From: an uncultured delta proteobacterium
GTDB taxonomy: Bacteria > Desulfobacterota > Binatia > UBA9968
Assembly: GCA_963745035.1 (NCBI GenBank)
Contig: CAVUVW010000004.1
Span: 28,021-92,020 of the forward strand
Direction: 5' to 3'
DNA: 64,000 nt
Positions 42,070-53,083 of this stretch are shown here, piece after piece. How positions within the stretch are numbered: position 1 is the stretch's first letter; each line of letters opens with the position of its first letter. The notes below the pieces were generated by a model, which saw only the letters and a program-made list of their open reading frames with translations, did no database searches and had not been told where the DNA came from. A program made the translations under genes and the position numbers.

Positions 42070-42094
42070 GAGGGCGACCACCGGTCGGCCCTAC
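42070..42094. repeat. GTAG-type REP-like hairpin
   Basis: agggcgacc-acc-ggtcggccctac. Confidence 0.6.
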
Positions 42095-42131
42095 GACCTT
42101 TGAAACATTCTAAAAGATTCTGGAGGTTCTT

Positions 42132-43201
42132 GTGACCGTGACCGCTCAGCCGATCAATCTTTTTGACTTCGAGGAACTTGCCAAAGAACGGCTGCCTAAA
42201 GAGGAGTACGACTACATCGCAGGCGGCGCCACCGACGAGATCAGCGTCGACCGCAACCGGCGCGCGTACGCGTCCTGGGCGTTTCGCCCGCGGGTTTTGC
42301 GCGACGTGAGCAAGCTCGATCTTTCGACGACTGTGCTGGGCACGAAAGTAAACTTGCCGGTGTTGATCGCGCCGTGCGGCGGGCATAAGCGCGCCCACCC
42401 GGAGGGAGAGTTGGCGACCTATCGCGCCGCGACGACATGCGGCACGGTGCTCGCCGTGAGCGCCAACTCCAACACGTCATTTGAAGATTTGGCGAATTCG
42501 GCAAAGGGTCATCTGTGGGTGCAGATGTATCCATTTCGCAACAAGGAGATGACCGAGGATTGGCTTAAGCGCGCCGCCGACAACGGCTACGAAGCGGTCA
42601 TCGTCACCCTCGATTCGCAATGGCCGCCCAAGCGCGAGCGCAACATCCGCAACAACTACCGGCGCACCCGCGGCGTCAACTATCCGAAAACTGGTACCGA
42701 AACGCCGCGGCCGGCGGGACGCGCGGGAGAGGGCTCCGACCCCGCTGCTACCTGGCAGGATCTGGAGTGGATCAAAGAAAGCGGCGGACCTTCCCGTGGT
42801 CGCCAAAGGGCATCATGACCGGCGAAGACGTCGAGCTTTGCATCGAAGTCGGCGCCGACGGCGTGATCGTCTCAAATCACGGCGGCCGACATTTGGACAA
42901 TACCCTGGCGACGATCGAAGTGTTGTCCGAGGCAGTCGCGGCGGCAAACGGAAAGTTGGAAGTTTATCTCGACGGCGGCATCCGCCGCGGCGCCGATGTC
43001 GTCAAAGCGATCGCGCTGGGAGCCAAGGCCGTGTTTATCGGCCGCCCGCTCTTCTGGGGGCTCGCGGTCGACGGAGACAAGGGCGTCATTCGTGTTCTCG
43101 ATATTCTCCGTGAAGAGATCGAGATCACCATGGCCAAGTGCGGGAGGCCGACGATCGCAAGCATCGATGCTTCCACCATCGTCAAGGCTCCGCGGTTGTA
43201 G
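42132..43201 (+). CDS. FMN-dependent alpha-hydroxy acid oxidase/dehydrogenase, frameshifted
   Basis: DYIAGGA, RPRVLRDV, SNHGGR, DGGIRRG.D. Confidence 0.9.
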
Positions 43202-43332
43202 GCGTGATAGCTGCTAAACTCCCCTTAATCGCTTTGCATATGAGCGTCACGTCAAAAGCGCCATCGTTGTCGTACTCTCGAAGAGATTTTCGCTGACAGC
43301 GTACGTTGACCGGGTGGGAAACAGTTTAAAGT

Positions 43333-44262
43333 ATGCACAGGAAACGTTTTCGCGCTCTGAGAAACATCGTGTTTGTGATCACCGGCGGGTTTGCGCTGTT
43401 GGTTGGTCTTAACTTTCCGTACAACTACGATCGACCGCTTTCCCAGGAAGAGATGCGCGCCGCTCAGGACTACTATGCGGCTGCATACGCGAAGCCGGCG
43501 GTCGAGGCAGAACAAGGCGAATATGACACAAAGTATCTGCGTACCGCGGAATGGGCTGCGGGCGAGTTTGATATAGCGGGCCAGGTCCGCGCGTTTGTAG
43601 AAGAGTACAAACTTGGCGACAAGGTAGTTTTGGAAGTCGGATCGGGCCGCGGAAATCTCCAGGAGATTGTTGATAATTATACCGGACTTGACATCTCACC
43701 GAACGTGGCGCGGTTCTACAAGAAGAAATTTGTTTTGGGCTCCGCGACCGCGCTGCCATTTCGAGACGACAGCTTCGATGCGCTTTGGTCCATCTTTGTT
43801 CTAGAGCACGTACAGAATCCCGAGCAGGCTCTTTCTGAAGCTCGCCGCGTCGTCAAAAACGGTGGTTTGATGTTCTGGTTCCCGGCATGGAACTGTCCTA
43901 CATGGCTCGCGGACGGTTACGACAAACGACCCTATTCGGATTTCGGGGCGTATGGAAAGCTTGTCAAGGCAACGATACCGTTTAGATGGTCAATGAGTTA
44001 TCGCGTAGCTACGACAATGCCTGTAAGAATGGTGCGCGCTCAGGCGGCGAAGCATGGGCCTACGACGTTTCGATATCGTCGCCTAGAGCCCAACTATAAA
44101 GAATATTGGGGTCCAGACAGCGATGCCTTAAATTCGATTGACGGCTACGAGATGATCTTGTGGTTTATTAGTCGTGGTGACGAGTGTCTCAATTGCGCGG
44201 GTACTCCGATCTTTTTCCCAGTCAGTCATACGCCGTTGATCGTTCGCGTGCAAAAGGGCTAG
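43333..44262 (+). CDS. Class I SAM-dependent methyltransferase with N-terminal membrane anchor
   Basis: VLEVGSGRG, GLDIS, ALPFRDDSFD, VLEHV. Confidence 0.85.
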   Translation: MHRKRFRALRNIVFVITGGFALLVGLNFPYNYDRPLSQEEMRAAQDYYAAAYAKPAVEAEQGEYDTKYLRTAEWAAGEFDIAGQVRAFVEEYKLGDKVVLEVGSGRGNLQEIVDNYTGLDISPNVARFYKKKFVLGSATALPFRDDSFDALWSIFVLEHVQNPEQALSEARRVVKNGGLMFWFPAWNCPTWLADGYDKRPYSDFGAYGKLVKATIPFRWSMSYRVATTMPVRMVRAQAAKHGPTTFRYRRLEPNYKEYWGPDSDALNSIDGYEMILWFISRGDECLNCAGTPIFFPVSHTPLIVRVQKG

Positions 44263-44378
44263 CTTTAACAGCGGTCAGCCGCGATGTTGCAAGCCTTGAT
44301 TGGAAAATTTACGCCGTTGGTTGGCGGGCCGGGTCAAAGCTGTGCCGCCCGCCATGGTTTATCAAGATGGTAAATCAC

Positions 44379-45834
44379 ATGGATGAAATTCGGATTGTTG
44401 ATACCACCTTGCGCGATGGCGACATCAGCCTGTGGGCTTACGGCATGACCACGGGCATGATGCTGCCGGCCTTGCGGCACATGGACCAGCGCCGGTTTCG
44501 ATTCCATGGAATTCTTTCTGAGCCTGCGCTTCAAGAAATTTGTCCGCGAGCACAAGGAAGATCCCTGGGATTGGCTGCGGCTGGGCACCAAAGAAATCAA
44601 GAATACCCGGCTGCGCTACCACGGCGGGCTGCACAGCGGGTTTGAATTCATTCCCGAGTGTATTCGCAGACTGGTGATTCAGACGATCGTCAAGTACGGC
44701 GTGACCCTGACTCGCACTTCGAACGCGTGGAACAACTACGAGTTATTAGGCAAGGAGGCAAACGAACTCAAGAAGCTTGGCATGGAGACGGTGATGAATC
44801 TGATTTACTCGATCTCGCCGCGCCATACCGACGAGTACTACGCGCAGAAGGCGCGGGACGCCGCCGCGCTGAAGCCCTACCGGCTCTGCTTTAAAGACGT
44901 CGGCGGCATGCTGACGCCGGAACGAACGCGCACGTTGGTCCGGCTCATCAAGCAAAATGCGCCGAACGTGCCGCTGGAGTTTCACGCCCATTGCAACAAC
45001 GGGTTGGCGCCGTTCAATTTACTGGAGGCGGTGAAGGAAGGGATTCGCATCGTGCATACGGCGATTCCGCCGCTGGCTAACGGCTCTTCACAGCCGTCGG
45101 TTTTCAACGTCGCAAACAATCTGCGTACGCTCGGCTACAAACCGCTGGTCGATGTCGATGTGCTCTCGCCGGTGAGCGAACATTTTAGCGAAATTGCCAA
45201 GCGCGAAGGCCTGCCGGTCGGTGCGCCGCGCGAATACGATCAAGCTTGGTACGGCCATCAGGTGCCGGGCGGCATGATCTCCAACCTGCGCCATCAGCTG
45301 AAGCTCATGGGCAAGGAAGAGAAGCTGCACGAAGTCCTCGAAGAAACGGCGCAGGTGCGCGCCGAGCTCGGCTATCCGATCATGGTTACGCCGTTCGCCC
45401 AGTTCGTCGGCAGCCAGGCGGCGATCAACGTCATCCTTGGTGAGCGATACAAGGAAGTAACGGATCAAGTGATCCAGTATGCTCTCGGCCAGTGGGGAAA
45501 AGAAGGCAGCGATCACATGGACGCGGCGGTGAAAGCGAAAATCCTGGATCGACCGCGCGCCCGCGAGATCGAGAAAAAAGAGTATCCCGAGCCGACGCTG
45601 GAAGAAGTGCGCAAGCAGTACGGCGGCGCGCATTTGTCGGATGAAGAGCTGCTGCTGCGCTTCTACGCCGGGCCGGAATTTGTCGATGCTCTCAAGACGG
45701 CGCCGCCGAGAAAAGAATATTCAAACGCCAAGAAGCCGCTCGTGCGACTGATCGAAGAACTCAGCAAAAAAAAGTTAGGTCATGTTTACATCAGCAAAGG
45801 CGATTTCGCGCTCAAAATAGATCGAGGCCACTAG
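44379..45834 (+). CDS. Pyruvate carboxylase subunit B / oxaloacetate decarboxylase alpha-like carboxyltransferase, no biotin domain, frameshifted
   Basis: DTTLRDG, FKDVGG, FHAHC, HQVPGGMISNL, LGYPIMVTPFAQFVG.QA. Confidence 0.88.
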
Positions 45835-45876
45835 CATCTCAGATAGACGTTATATCCGAGGCGTGTGCGAACATCG

Positions 45877-45902
45877 GTAGGGGCGACTGGCTGGTCGCCC
45901 CT
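45877..45902. repeat. GTAG-type REP-like hairpin between convergent genes
   Basis: gtaggggcgac-tggctg-gtcgcccct. Confidence 0.7.
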
Positions 45903-45921
45903 TTCCATTTTGGCGCAGACC

Positions 45922-47422
45922 TCACAGCGCCGTCGTGCTGGCTGGTGGACGGCGGTGGTGCGTCGCTTGCTCGTAGGCGTAGGCGAACTTGATCAAGTTG
46001 CCGTCATCGTAGGGCCGGCCGATGAAGCAGACGCCGGCCGGTAAGTTGTCGCGGGTGAAACCCGCCGGGACGACGATCGTCGGGGCGTAAACTAGAAAAG
46101 TATTCAGATGCGGCGCGCCTTTCTGGTCCACGAAGGGCGGGGCGATGCCGTCCTTGATCAACGTTGGCTGGTGCTCGACGGCTTTGTGGACGATGGCGTC
46201 GAGCTTGTGATCAGCCATGACTTTCAAGAACAAGGTCATCAACTCATCCTGGGCCTTTAGACTCTCGTAATGTTTCGCGGCGTCGGGATTTCTCTTGAAG
46301 CGCTCCTGCGAGCGTTTGACGACTTTCGCGAAGTCGGCCGAGGCGGCGGCTTCCTGTGGAGTTTGAAAAGGGGGCTTGGCGCTGCGGCCGTAGTAGTTGG
46401 CAAATGATTGATTGGTTTCTCCAGGAGCGCCGGCGCGCTTGGCGAGCAGTTCTTTGATTTTCGGAATCACGATCGGATCGACGATCTCGGCCCCGCCGGC
46501 TTTGAGCTCGCCGATCGCGCGATCGAATACTTCCTGAATTTTTTTGTAATCTTCGGAGTCCGGCTCGGAATTGAGGCCGATCGACTCGCGTAAGATGCCA
46601 AGCCGCGCGCCTTTGAGTCCGTCCTTGCTCAAGAAGCTTGGTAAAGCTTTCCGGAATGTGGCCGACGCCGCGCGCGGTGATCGGATCTTCGGGATCGTAG
46701 CCGACCATCGTGTCCAAAAGCTTCGCCAGATCTCTTACCGTGCGCGCCATCGGCCCGAGCGAACCGAAGACCTCCGGCCAGCAGCCGTACACGCCGCCGC
46801 GGCTGACGAGACCGCCGGAGGGCCGCATGCCCGTGATGCCGTTCCATGTAGACGGCCTGCGGATCGAGGCGAGACCTTCCTGGCCCACGCCGACCGTCGA
46901 GTAATTCGCCGAAACCGAAGCCGCCGACCCTCCGGAAGAGCCGCCTACCGTGCGCTCGGTGTCGTACGGATTGCGCGTCGAACCGAACAGGGAGCCGTGG
47001 GTGTCGCCTCCGCCGAGCTCGCCCAGCGTCGCTTTGCCCAGAATCACTGCGCCGGCGTTCTTCAATTTCTCGGCTACGAACGAGTCGCGATCAGGAAAAT
47101 ATTCTTTGAACAGCACCGAGCCCAACGTTGTAGGCATGCCTTTGACGTCCGCTTGGTCCTTCACGATCACGGGAATGCCGTGCAGCGGGCCGACGGCACC
47201 CGAAGATTTGTAAGCCGCGTCGAGGCGCTCGGCTTCTGTGAGCGCATCGGGATTCACCGTTACGATTGCGTTGATGTTCGGGCCCTTCTTGTCAAAGGCC
47301 TCGATGCGATCGAGGTACATCTGTATCAGTTGGCGGCACGTGAGGCGGCCGGATTTGTAGGCGTCATGAATATCATCGATAGTCGCTTCAACGACATTGA
47401 AGGGCGCGCCAGCTTGAGCCAT
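45922..47422 (-). CDS. Amidase signature family protein, frameshifted near 46630
   Basis: GPLHGIPVIVKD, GGSSGGS, SIRRP, YAYEQATHHR. Confidence 0.9.
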
Positions 47423-47601
47423 GAGAATTCTCCTTATGCCACCGTCTAAGTAGCTCTTTGATATTCAAACCACGCGCAAATGTCTAGATGAAAAGGCGTG
47501 AGGCTCGGGGCCGGAGGCGTGAGTCTGAATGGGAACTCGATCTGTTGAAACGGCTCTGGGTTCGTGATTATTCCGTTGGAGATGTTTTTCGGGGAATATC
47601 C

Positions 47602-48777
47602 ATGCCGGTAATGTCTCAACGCGTGGCCGGTTTCGGCACGACCGTTTTTGTCGAGATCAACGCGCTCGCTCGCGCCTATAACGCTGTCAATCTCGGCCAA
47701 GGCGCGCCTGACTTCGATGGGCCGCCCGAAGTTCTGGCGGCGGCAGTAACCGCGGTGAACAGCGCGTTCAATCAGTATGCGCCGGGAATCGGTCTGCCAG
47801 CAGCGCGCCAAGCCATCGCCCGGCATGCGGAGCGCTTTTACGGTCAAAGGCTCGATCCGGAAACCGAAGTGCTGGTAACCAGCGGGGCTACCGAGGGAGT
47901 TTTCGCTGCGATCCTCGGACTCACCGATCCCGGAGACGAAGTCATCGTATTCGAGCCGGTCTACGATACCTACGTGCCGAACATGGTCATGGCCGGTGTG
48001 ACGCCGCGTTATGTCCCGCTCCGAGGAGGCGATTGGACTTTCGATCCCGATGAGCTGGCCAAGGCCTTTAACCGCCGCACGCGGGCGATCATCGTCAACA
48101 CTCCGCACAACCCGACCGGTAAAGTCTATTCACGCGAGGAACTCGGCGTCATCGCCGAGCTGTGCCGGAAGCATGACGTTGTCGCAATTACCGATGAAGT
48201 CTACGAACATATCCTCTACGATGACGCGAGCCACACGAGATTGGCCACGTTGCCCGGCATGGGCGATCGCACCTTGACGATCAGCTCGCTGGGCAAAACC
48301 TTCAGCGTAACCGGGTGGAAAATCGGTTGGGCGCTCGGTTCTCCGTCGTTGGTCAATGCCGTCAATCAGGCGCACCAGTTCATTACCTATGCCGTGGCGT
48401 CGCCGCTGCAGGCGGCGGCCGCGACGGCCCTCGATTTGCCGTTTTCTTTCTTCGAGAATTTACAGCTGAGTTATCAGGCCAGGCGCGACCGGATGATAGA
48501 GATTCTGGAAAACGCCGGCTTCAAGGTTTTCAAACCAAGCGGCAGCTACTTTGTCATGATCGACTGGCGTGGCGTTGCGCCGGCGGACGTGAAAGACGAT
48601 TTTCAATTCGCGCAGTGGCTGATCCGCGACGTCGGCGTGGCGTGTATTCCCGCGAGCCCGTTTTACCAGGATTCCGACAAACACATGGGCAAGTACTTCG
48701 CGCGCTTTGCAGTCTGCAAGAAAGATGAGACCCTCGCAGCCGCCGCGGAGAAGCTCGCCAAATTGGCAAGACCGTGA
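47602..48777 (+). CDS. Class I PLP aminotransferase (YbdL/methionine aminotransferase-like)
   Basis: NLGQG.PD, NTPHNPTG, DEVY, SLGKTFSVTGWKIG. Confidence 0.92.
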   Translation: MPVMSQRVAGFGTTVFVEINALARAYNAVNLGQGAPDFDGPPEVLAAAVTAVNSAFNQYAPGIGLPAARQAIARHAERFYGQRLDPETEVLVTSGATEGVFAAILGLTDPGDEVIVFEPVYDTYVPNMVMAGVTPRYVPLRGGDWTFDPDELAKAFNRRTRAIIVNTPHNPTGKVYSREELGVIAELCRKHDVVAITDEVYEHILYDDASHTRLATLPGMGDRTLTISSLGKTFSVTGWKIGWALGSPSLVNAVNQAHQFITYAVASPLQAAAATALDLPFSFFENLQLSYQARRDRMIEILENAGFKVFKPSGSYFVMIDWRGVAPADVKDDFQFAQWLIRDVGVACIPASPFYQDSDKHMGKYFARFAVCKKDETLAAAAEKLAKLARP

Positions 48778-48868
48778 ACCGCGTCGCGCGGCGAGCCGCT
48801 GACTGGCAGTGATTTGAATCGGCTCTTATGGCCGTGATAGACGTGGAGCCCCAGCGCGAGGAGGGATT

Positions 48869-49252
48869 ATGGCACGCATCGTTCATATCGCTCTGAAGGT
48901 CGACGATCTGGAGAAAGCGACGGAATTTTATGAAAAGGGATTTGGCTTCGTCGAAACGGAAACCGGCCAGGTGAGAGACCATACCTCGCGTCATCTAACC
49001 GACGGCACGATCGATCTGGCACTGATCAAATACGACAGCGAAGAGTCCGCCGAGGCCCGTGCGTCGGGTCTGGGCCCTTGCATCCACCACTTTGCCATCG
49101 AAGTGGATGACATGAAGGAATCCGCTGATCAGTTAAACCGCTTCGGCTGTGAGATCATCAGCGATCCGGGCGTGGTTCCCATCAAGTTTCGCGCTCCCGG
49201 CGGCACGGTCGCCGAAATCGTGCCGAAGGCAAGGTATAAAAAGCCGGAGTGA
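48869..49252 (+). CDS. VOC/glyoxalase-family protein
   Basis: HIALKVDDLEKA..FY, HHFAIEVDD. Confidence 0.88.
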   Translation: MARIVHIALKVDDLEKATEFYEKGFGFVETETGQVRDHTSRHLTDGTIDLALIKYDSEESAEARASGLGPCIHHFAIEVDDMKESADQLNRFGCEIISDPGVVPIKFRAPGGTVAEIVPKARYKKPE

Positions 49253-49344
49253 CGGAGTAACAAGAACTGGAGTGATGGAGTACTGGAATATTGGGTTTCG
49301 GAGCATCACTTCATTACTCCAACACTCCAATACTCCAGTCTTCC
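49246..49344. repeat. 8-bp-unit (GGAGTnnT) array followed by its inverted complement
   Basis: ggagtgat/ggagtact/ggaatatt then catcactt/cattactc/caacactc/caatactc; partial copy near 30488-30505. Confidence 0.75.
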
Positions 49345-49357
49345 GCTGGGAGGTCTC

Positions 49358-49825
49358 ATGTCTCTGCATGTTAAGTCCGCGGATGTGCCGACGCGAAAAG
49401 TCGTGCGTACCGGCGTTGAAGGCGAAGGCGCCATGGTCGTGAAGCGGGGCTATGGCAACGAGTGCAGTCTCATGTGGGCCACGCGCGCGCCCGGTTATCA
49501 CACGACGCCGCACGCGCACGAGGCGGAGCAGATCAACTACGTGCTCGAAGGCGAGATCTGGTTCTTCGTCGAAGATCGCGGCTTTCTCTGCAAGGCGGGA
49601 GATTTTCACCGCATTCCCGGGCACAAAATCCACTGGGCATGGAACCGGTCCAACGCCGATGCCGTCGTGGTGGAGGCGCATTCGCCGGCGCTCGTGGCGG
49701 GAAAGCTTCAGCAAACCTCTATCGGCCTATTCGACGAAAGCGAGGCGCCGCAGATGCGGCCGCCGAGCGAAAATAATTTTGTCCCCTACGACTGGCAGAG
49801 CGTGGAGCGCAAGATTTTTGGCTAG
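49358..49825 (+). CDS. Cupin-domain protein
   Basis: PHAHEAEQINYVLEG...IPGHKIH. Confidence 0.88.
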   Translation: MSLHVKSADVPTRKVVRTGVEGEGAMVVKRGYGNECSLMWATRAPGYHTTPHAHEAEQINYVLEGEIWFFVEDRGFLCKAGDFHRIPGHKIHWAWNRSNADAVVVEAHSPALVAGKLQQTSIGLFDESEAPQMRPPSENNFVPYDWQSVERKIFG

Positions 49826-49890
49826 GCGGCGTCGCTCGGCCGTTCGGATGCTTCTCTAACGAATACTGCTCTAGCGCGGCTTGATGCAGT

Positions 49891-49918
49891 GTAGGGGACG
49901 TTTGAAACCTGCCCCTAC
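49891..49918. repeat. GTAG-type REP-like hairpin
   Basis: gtaggggacg-tttgaaac-ctgcccctac. Confidence 0.7.
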
Positions 49919-50038
49919 AGTCGGCTGTTCCATCCAATGCTATCAGTGAAGAATTCCGCATCGGTACAACAACTAACATAGATGGCCTTGCAAGAATCTC
50001 AAATCAAGACTATTTAGAAGTCCGCCTTCTGAATATCT

Positions 50039-50496
50039 ATGGCACACGATAAAGGCGATCTGGTTGCAGGCGCTGTGCTCGCTGCGTTTGGCATCTATGT
50101 GATCTGGGTTGCGGCCAAGCTGCCCTATGTCTCTGACGTAGGACCGGGGCCAGGGTTTTTTCCACTCTGGCTCGGGATCGGCATGGTGGTGTTCGCTGCC
50201 GGTTTGATGTTCGATCGTTCACTTCCTCTGTGAACAAGGCTAAGAGTTCGAAATCGTGGAGTTCGTGGTTCGCCCGTTGGCCGGCTGGCTTGCCGTGATG
50301 GTTGCCATCGCTCTTCTCGGCAAAATCGGGTTTGCTCTGAGCTTCATCATTCTCACCATATTTCTCGTCGTCGCTCTAGACCGCCGTCCGGCATTGCTCG
50401 CCGCTGGGCGTCGCGGTCGGTCTCGCCGTGGCATTCCACTTGATTTTTGTCGTCGCGCTCGATGTGTCGTTGCCGAAGGCAGTCTGGGGATTTTGA
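50039..50496 (+). CDS. tctB: Tripartite tricarboxylate transporter small subunit TctB, frameshifted
   Basis: GPGPGFFP.WLG, C-terminal LDVSLPK..WG; precedes tctA. Confidence 0.75.
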
Positions 50497-50514
50497 CTCG
50501 CATCGCGTTGACGC

Positions 50515-52029
50515 ATGGATGCCTTCCATAATCTCCTGCTGGGTTTTTCCGTTGCGCTCACGCCGATCAATTTGTTTTGGTGTTTAGTCGGCGTTCTCAT
50601 GGGCACCGTTGTCGGCGTGTTGCCCGGGCTTGGGGCCGGCGGCGACGATCGCCATGCTGCTGCCGCTTACCCTCAAAATGGATCACACGACGGCGATCAT
50701 CGCGCTCGCCGGGATTTTTTACGGCGCGCGTTACGGCGGCTCGACGACGTCGATCCTGCTCAACATTCCCGGAGAATCCTCCTCGGTCGTCACTTGCCTG
50801 GATGGCTATCAGTTGGCGCGCAAAGGAAGAGCGGGCGCGGCGTTGGGCATTTCCGCGATCGCGTCCTTCGTCGCCGGCACGGTCGGCGTCTTGGGTTTGA
50901 TGGTGATCGCGCCGCCGCTGGCGCGCTTCGCGCTGCGCTTTGCGCCGCCGGAGTACTTTGCCTTGATGGTCTTGGGACTCGCGATGGTGGTTTTCCTGGC
51001 GGGAGAGTCGATGGTCAAGGCGCTGCTGGCGATGCTCGTCGGTCTGTGGATCGCGACCATCGGCACCGATCTTTTCACCGGGGAATCGAGATTTACTTTC
51101 GGCCAGGCGAAGCTGCTCGGCGGCGTCGATTTTATCGCGGCGACCGTCGGCGATTTTTGCCATCGCGGAAGTCCTGGTGAACCTGGAATCACGAGGCGGC
51201 GCCGAGCTATTCAAACTGGCCAAGGGTCTGAGAAATCTGCTGCCGACGCTCCAGGATATCAAGGATTGCCGCTTCGCTTTCTTGAACGGTTCGATTATCG
51301 GATTTTTCGTCGGCGCGCTTCCCGGCGCCGGCGCAACCGTAGCGTCGTTTTTATCCTACGGTCTTGAAAAGGCGGTGTCGCGACATCCGGAAAAATTCGG
51401 CACCGGCGTGATCGAAGGCGTGGCCGCGCCCGAGGGCGCCAACAACGCCGATGCCAGCGGCGCACTGGTGCCGCTGCTGACACTCGGCATTCCCGGCGGC
51501 AACACCACGGCGATTCTGCTGGGCGGCCTCATTCTCTGGGGATACAAACCGGGTCCGCTGCTGATTCAGGAGCACCCGCAGCTTTTCTGGGGGCTGGTCG
51601 CGAGCATGTACATCGGCAACGTGCTGCTGCTGGTGTTGAATCTCCCGTTGGTGCCGCTGTTCGCGCAGATTTTGCGTCTGCCTTATTACGTTCTCTATCC
51701 GCTGATCCTCGGCATTTCCATCGTCGGTGTTTACAGCGTCAACAATAGTTTATTCGACGTCTGGGTCATGGGACTTTTCGGTTTGCTCGGCTATCTCATG
51801 CGCAAGCTCGAATTTCCCGCCGCGGCGCTGATTCTGGGAATGGTTCTGGGAGACTCGCCTCGAACGCGCGCTGCGCCAATCGTTGATGATGTCGCAGGGC
51901 GATATCGCGATTCTCATGACGCGGCCGATTTCCGGCGTCTTGTTATCGCTCGCCGCGCTGATCTTATGTTTGCCTGCGATCCGCAAAGTGCGCTACTGGC
52001 GCGTCGAAGCTATTGAGCGCGAAGGCTGA
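50515..52029 (+). CDS. tctA: Tripartite tricarboxylate transporter large permease TctA, frameshifted
   Basis: [40 protein letters not shown]. Confidence 0.9.
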
Positions 52030-52085
52030 AGGTGATAGGTGCCCCTTTTACATTGGCGGCAAAAACTTTCTGGGAGGCATGGAAC

Positions 52086-53075
52086 ATGAAACATAGAGCG
52101 ATGTCCGTAGCGATGCTTCGTCGCAGCGGCTCACGGTGCTACCCGGCGAACGCGCTGGGAGCCAGGAATTCAAACCGAGCAGACAGATCGAGGCGGTAGT
52201 TCACACCGGCCCGGGCGGTGGATCGGATCTGTTAGCGCGCGCGATCGCCGAAATGCTGCAAAAAGAAAAGCTGATCTCGCAGCGCATGCAGGTCGTCAAC
52301 AAGTCCGGCGGCGGCAATAGCGCAGTTGCCATGTCGTACCTCGCGGAAAAAAAGGGAGATCGCTCACACCATCGGGTTTTTCACTGGAGTTTGGGTGACA
52401 AATCCACTGACGACTACCGAGGCGACGGTCACGGTGAAAGAATTGACCCCGGTTGTCCGGCTGATGTTGGAACCGGCCGTGGTCGCGGTCAAAGCCGACT
52501 CGCCCTACAAAGACATGAAGGACTTTATCGAGGCAGCGAAGAAAAGCCCCAACCAACTGCGCCAGTCCGGCGGCTCGATAACCGGCCGGGACAATCTCAT
52601 GCGCCTGTTGATCCAAAAGGCCACCGGCGCACAGTGGACTTACATTTCTTTTCCGAGCGGCGGTGAGCGGTTGTCCAATCTGCTCGGCGGCCACGTGCAT
52701 ATGATGGTGATCGAACCGCAGGAGGCGGGCGAGCAGATTCGCGCGGGAAATCTGCGCGTGATCGCGTCGCTGACGGAAAAGCGCCTGGCTTCTATGCCGA
52801 ACGTGCCGACGATCAAGGAACAGGGGATCGACGTCACGATCATCCCTCAGGCCCGCGGAGTTCTCGCCCCGCCGGGGGCACCCAAAGATGTCGTGCAATA
52901 CTACGAAGGTGTTTTCGATCGCTTTGCGAAATCCGCCAGTTGGAAACAGTACGTCGAACAGAATCAATTCGAAGACGGCTATCTGAAGGGGCCGCCGCTG
53001 GACAAATTTTTCGACGATTTGACGGTGCTGATGCGCAACGTGCTCAAGGAGGCCGGCGCCAAAGTCGTGCGCTAG
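52086..53075 (+). CDS. tctC: Tripartite tricarboxylate transporter receptor TctC, frameshifted
   Basis: GPGGGSDLLAR, VNKSGG, VPTIKEQG. Confidence 0.85.
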
Positions 53076-53083
53076 ATTTCTTG

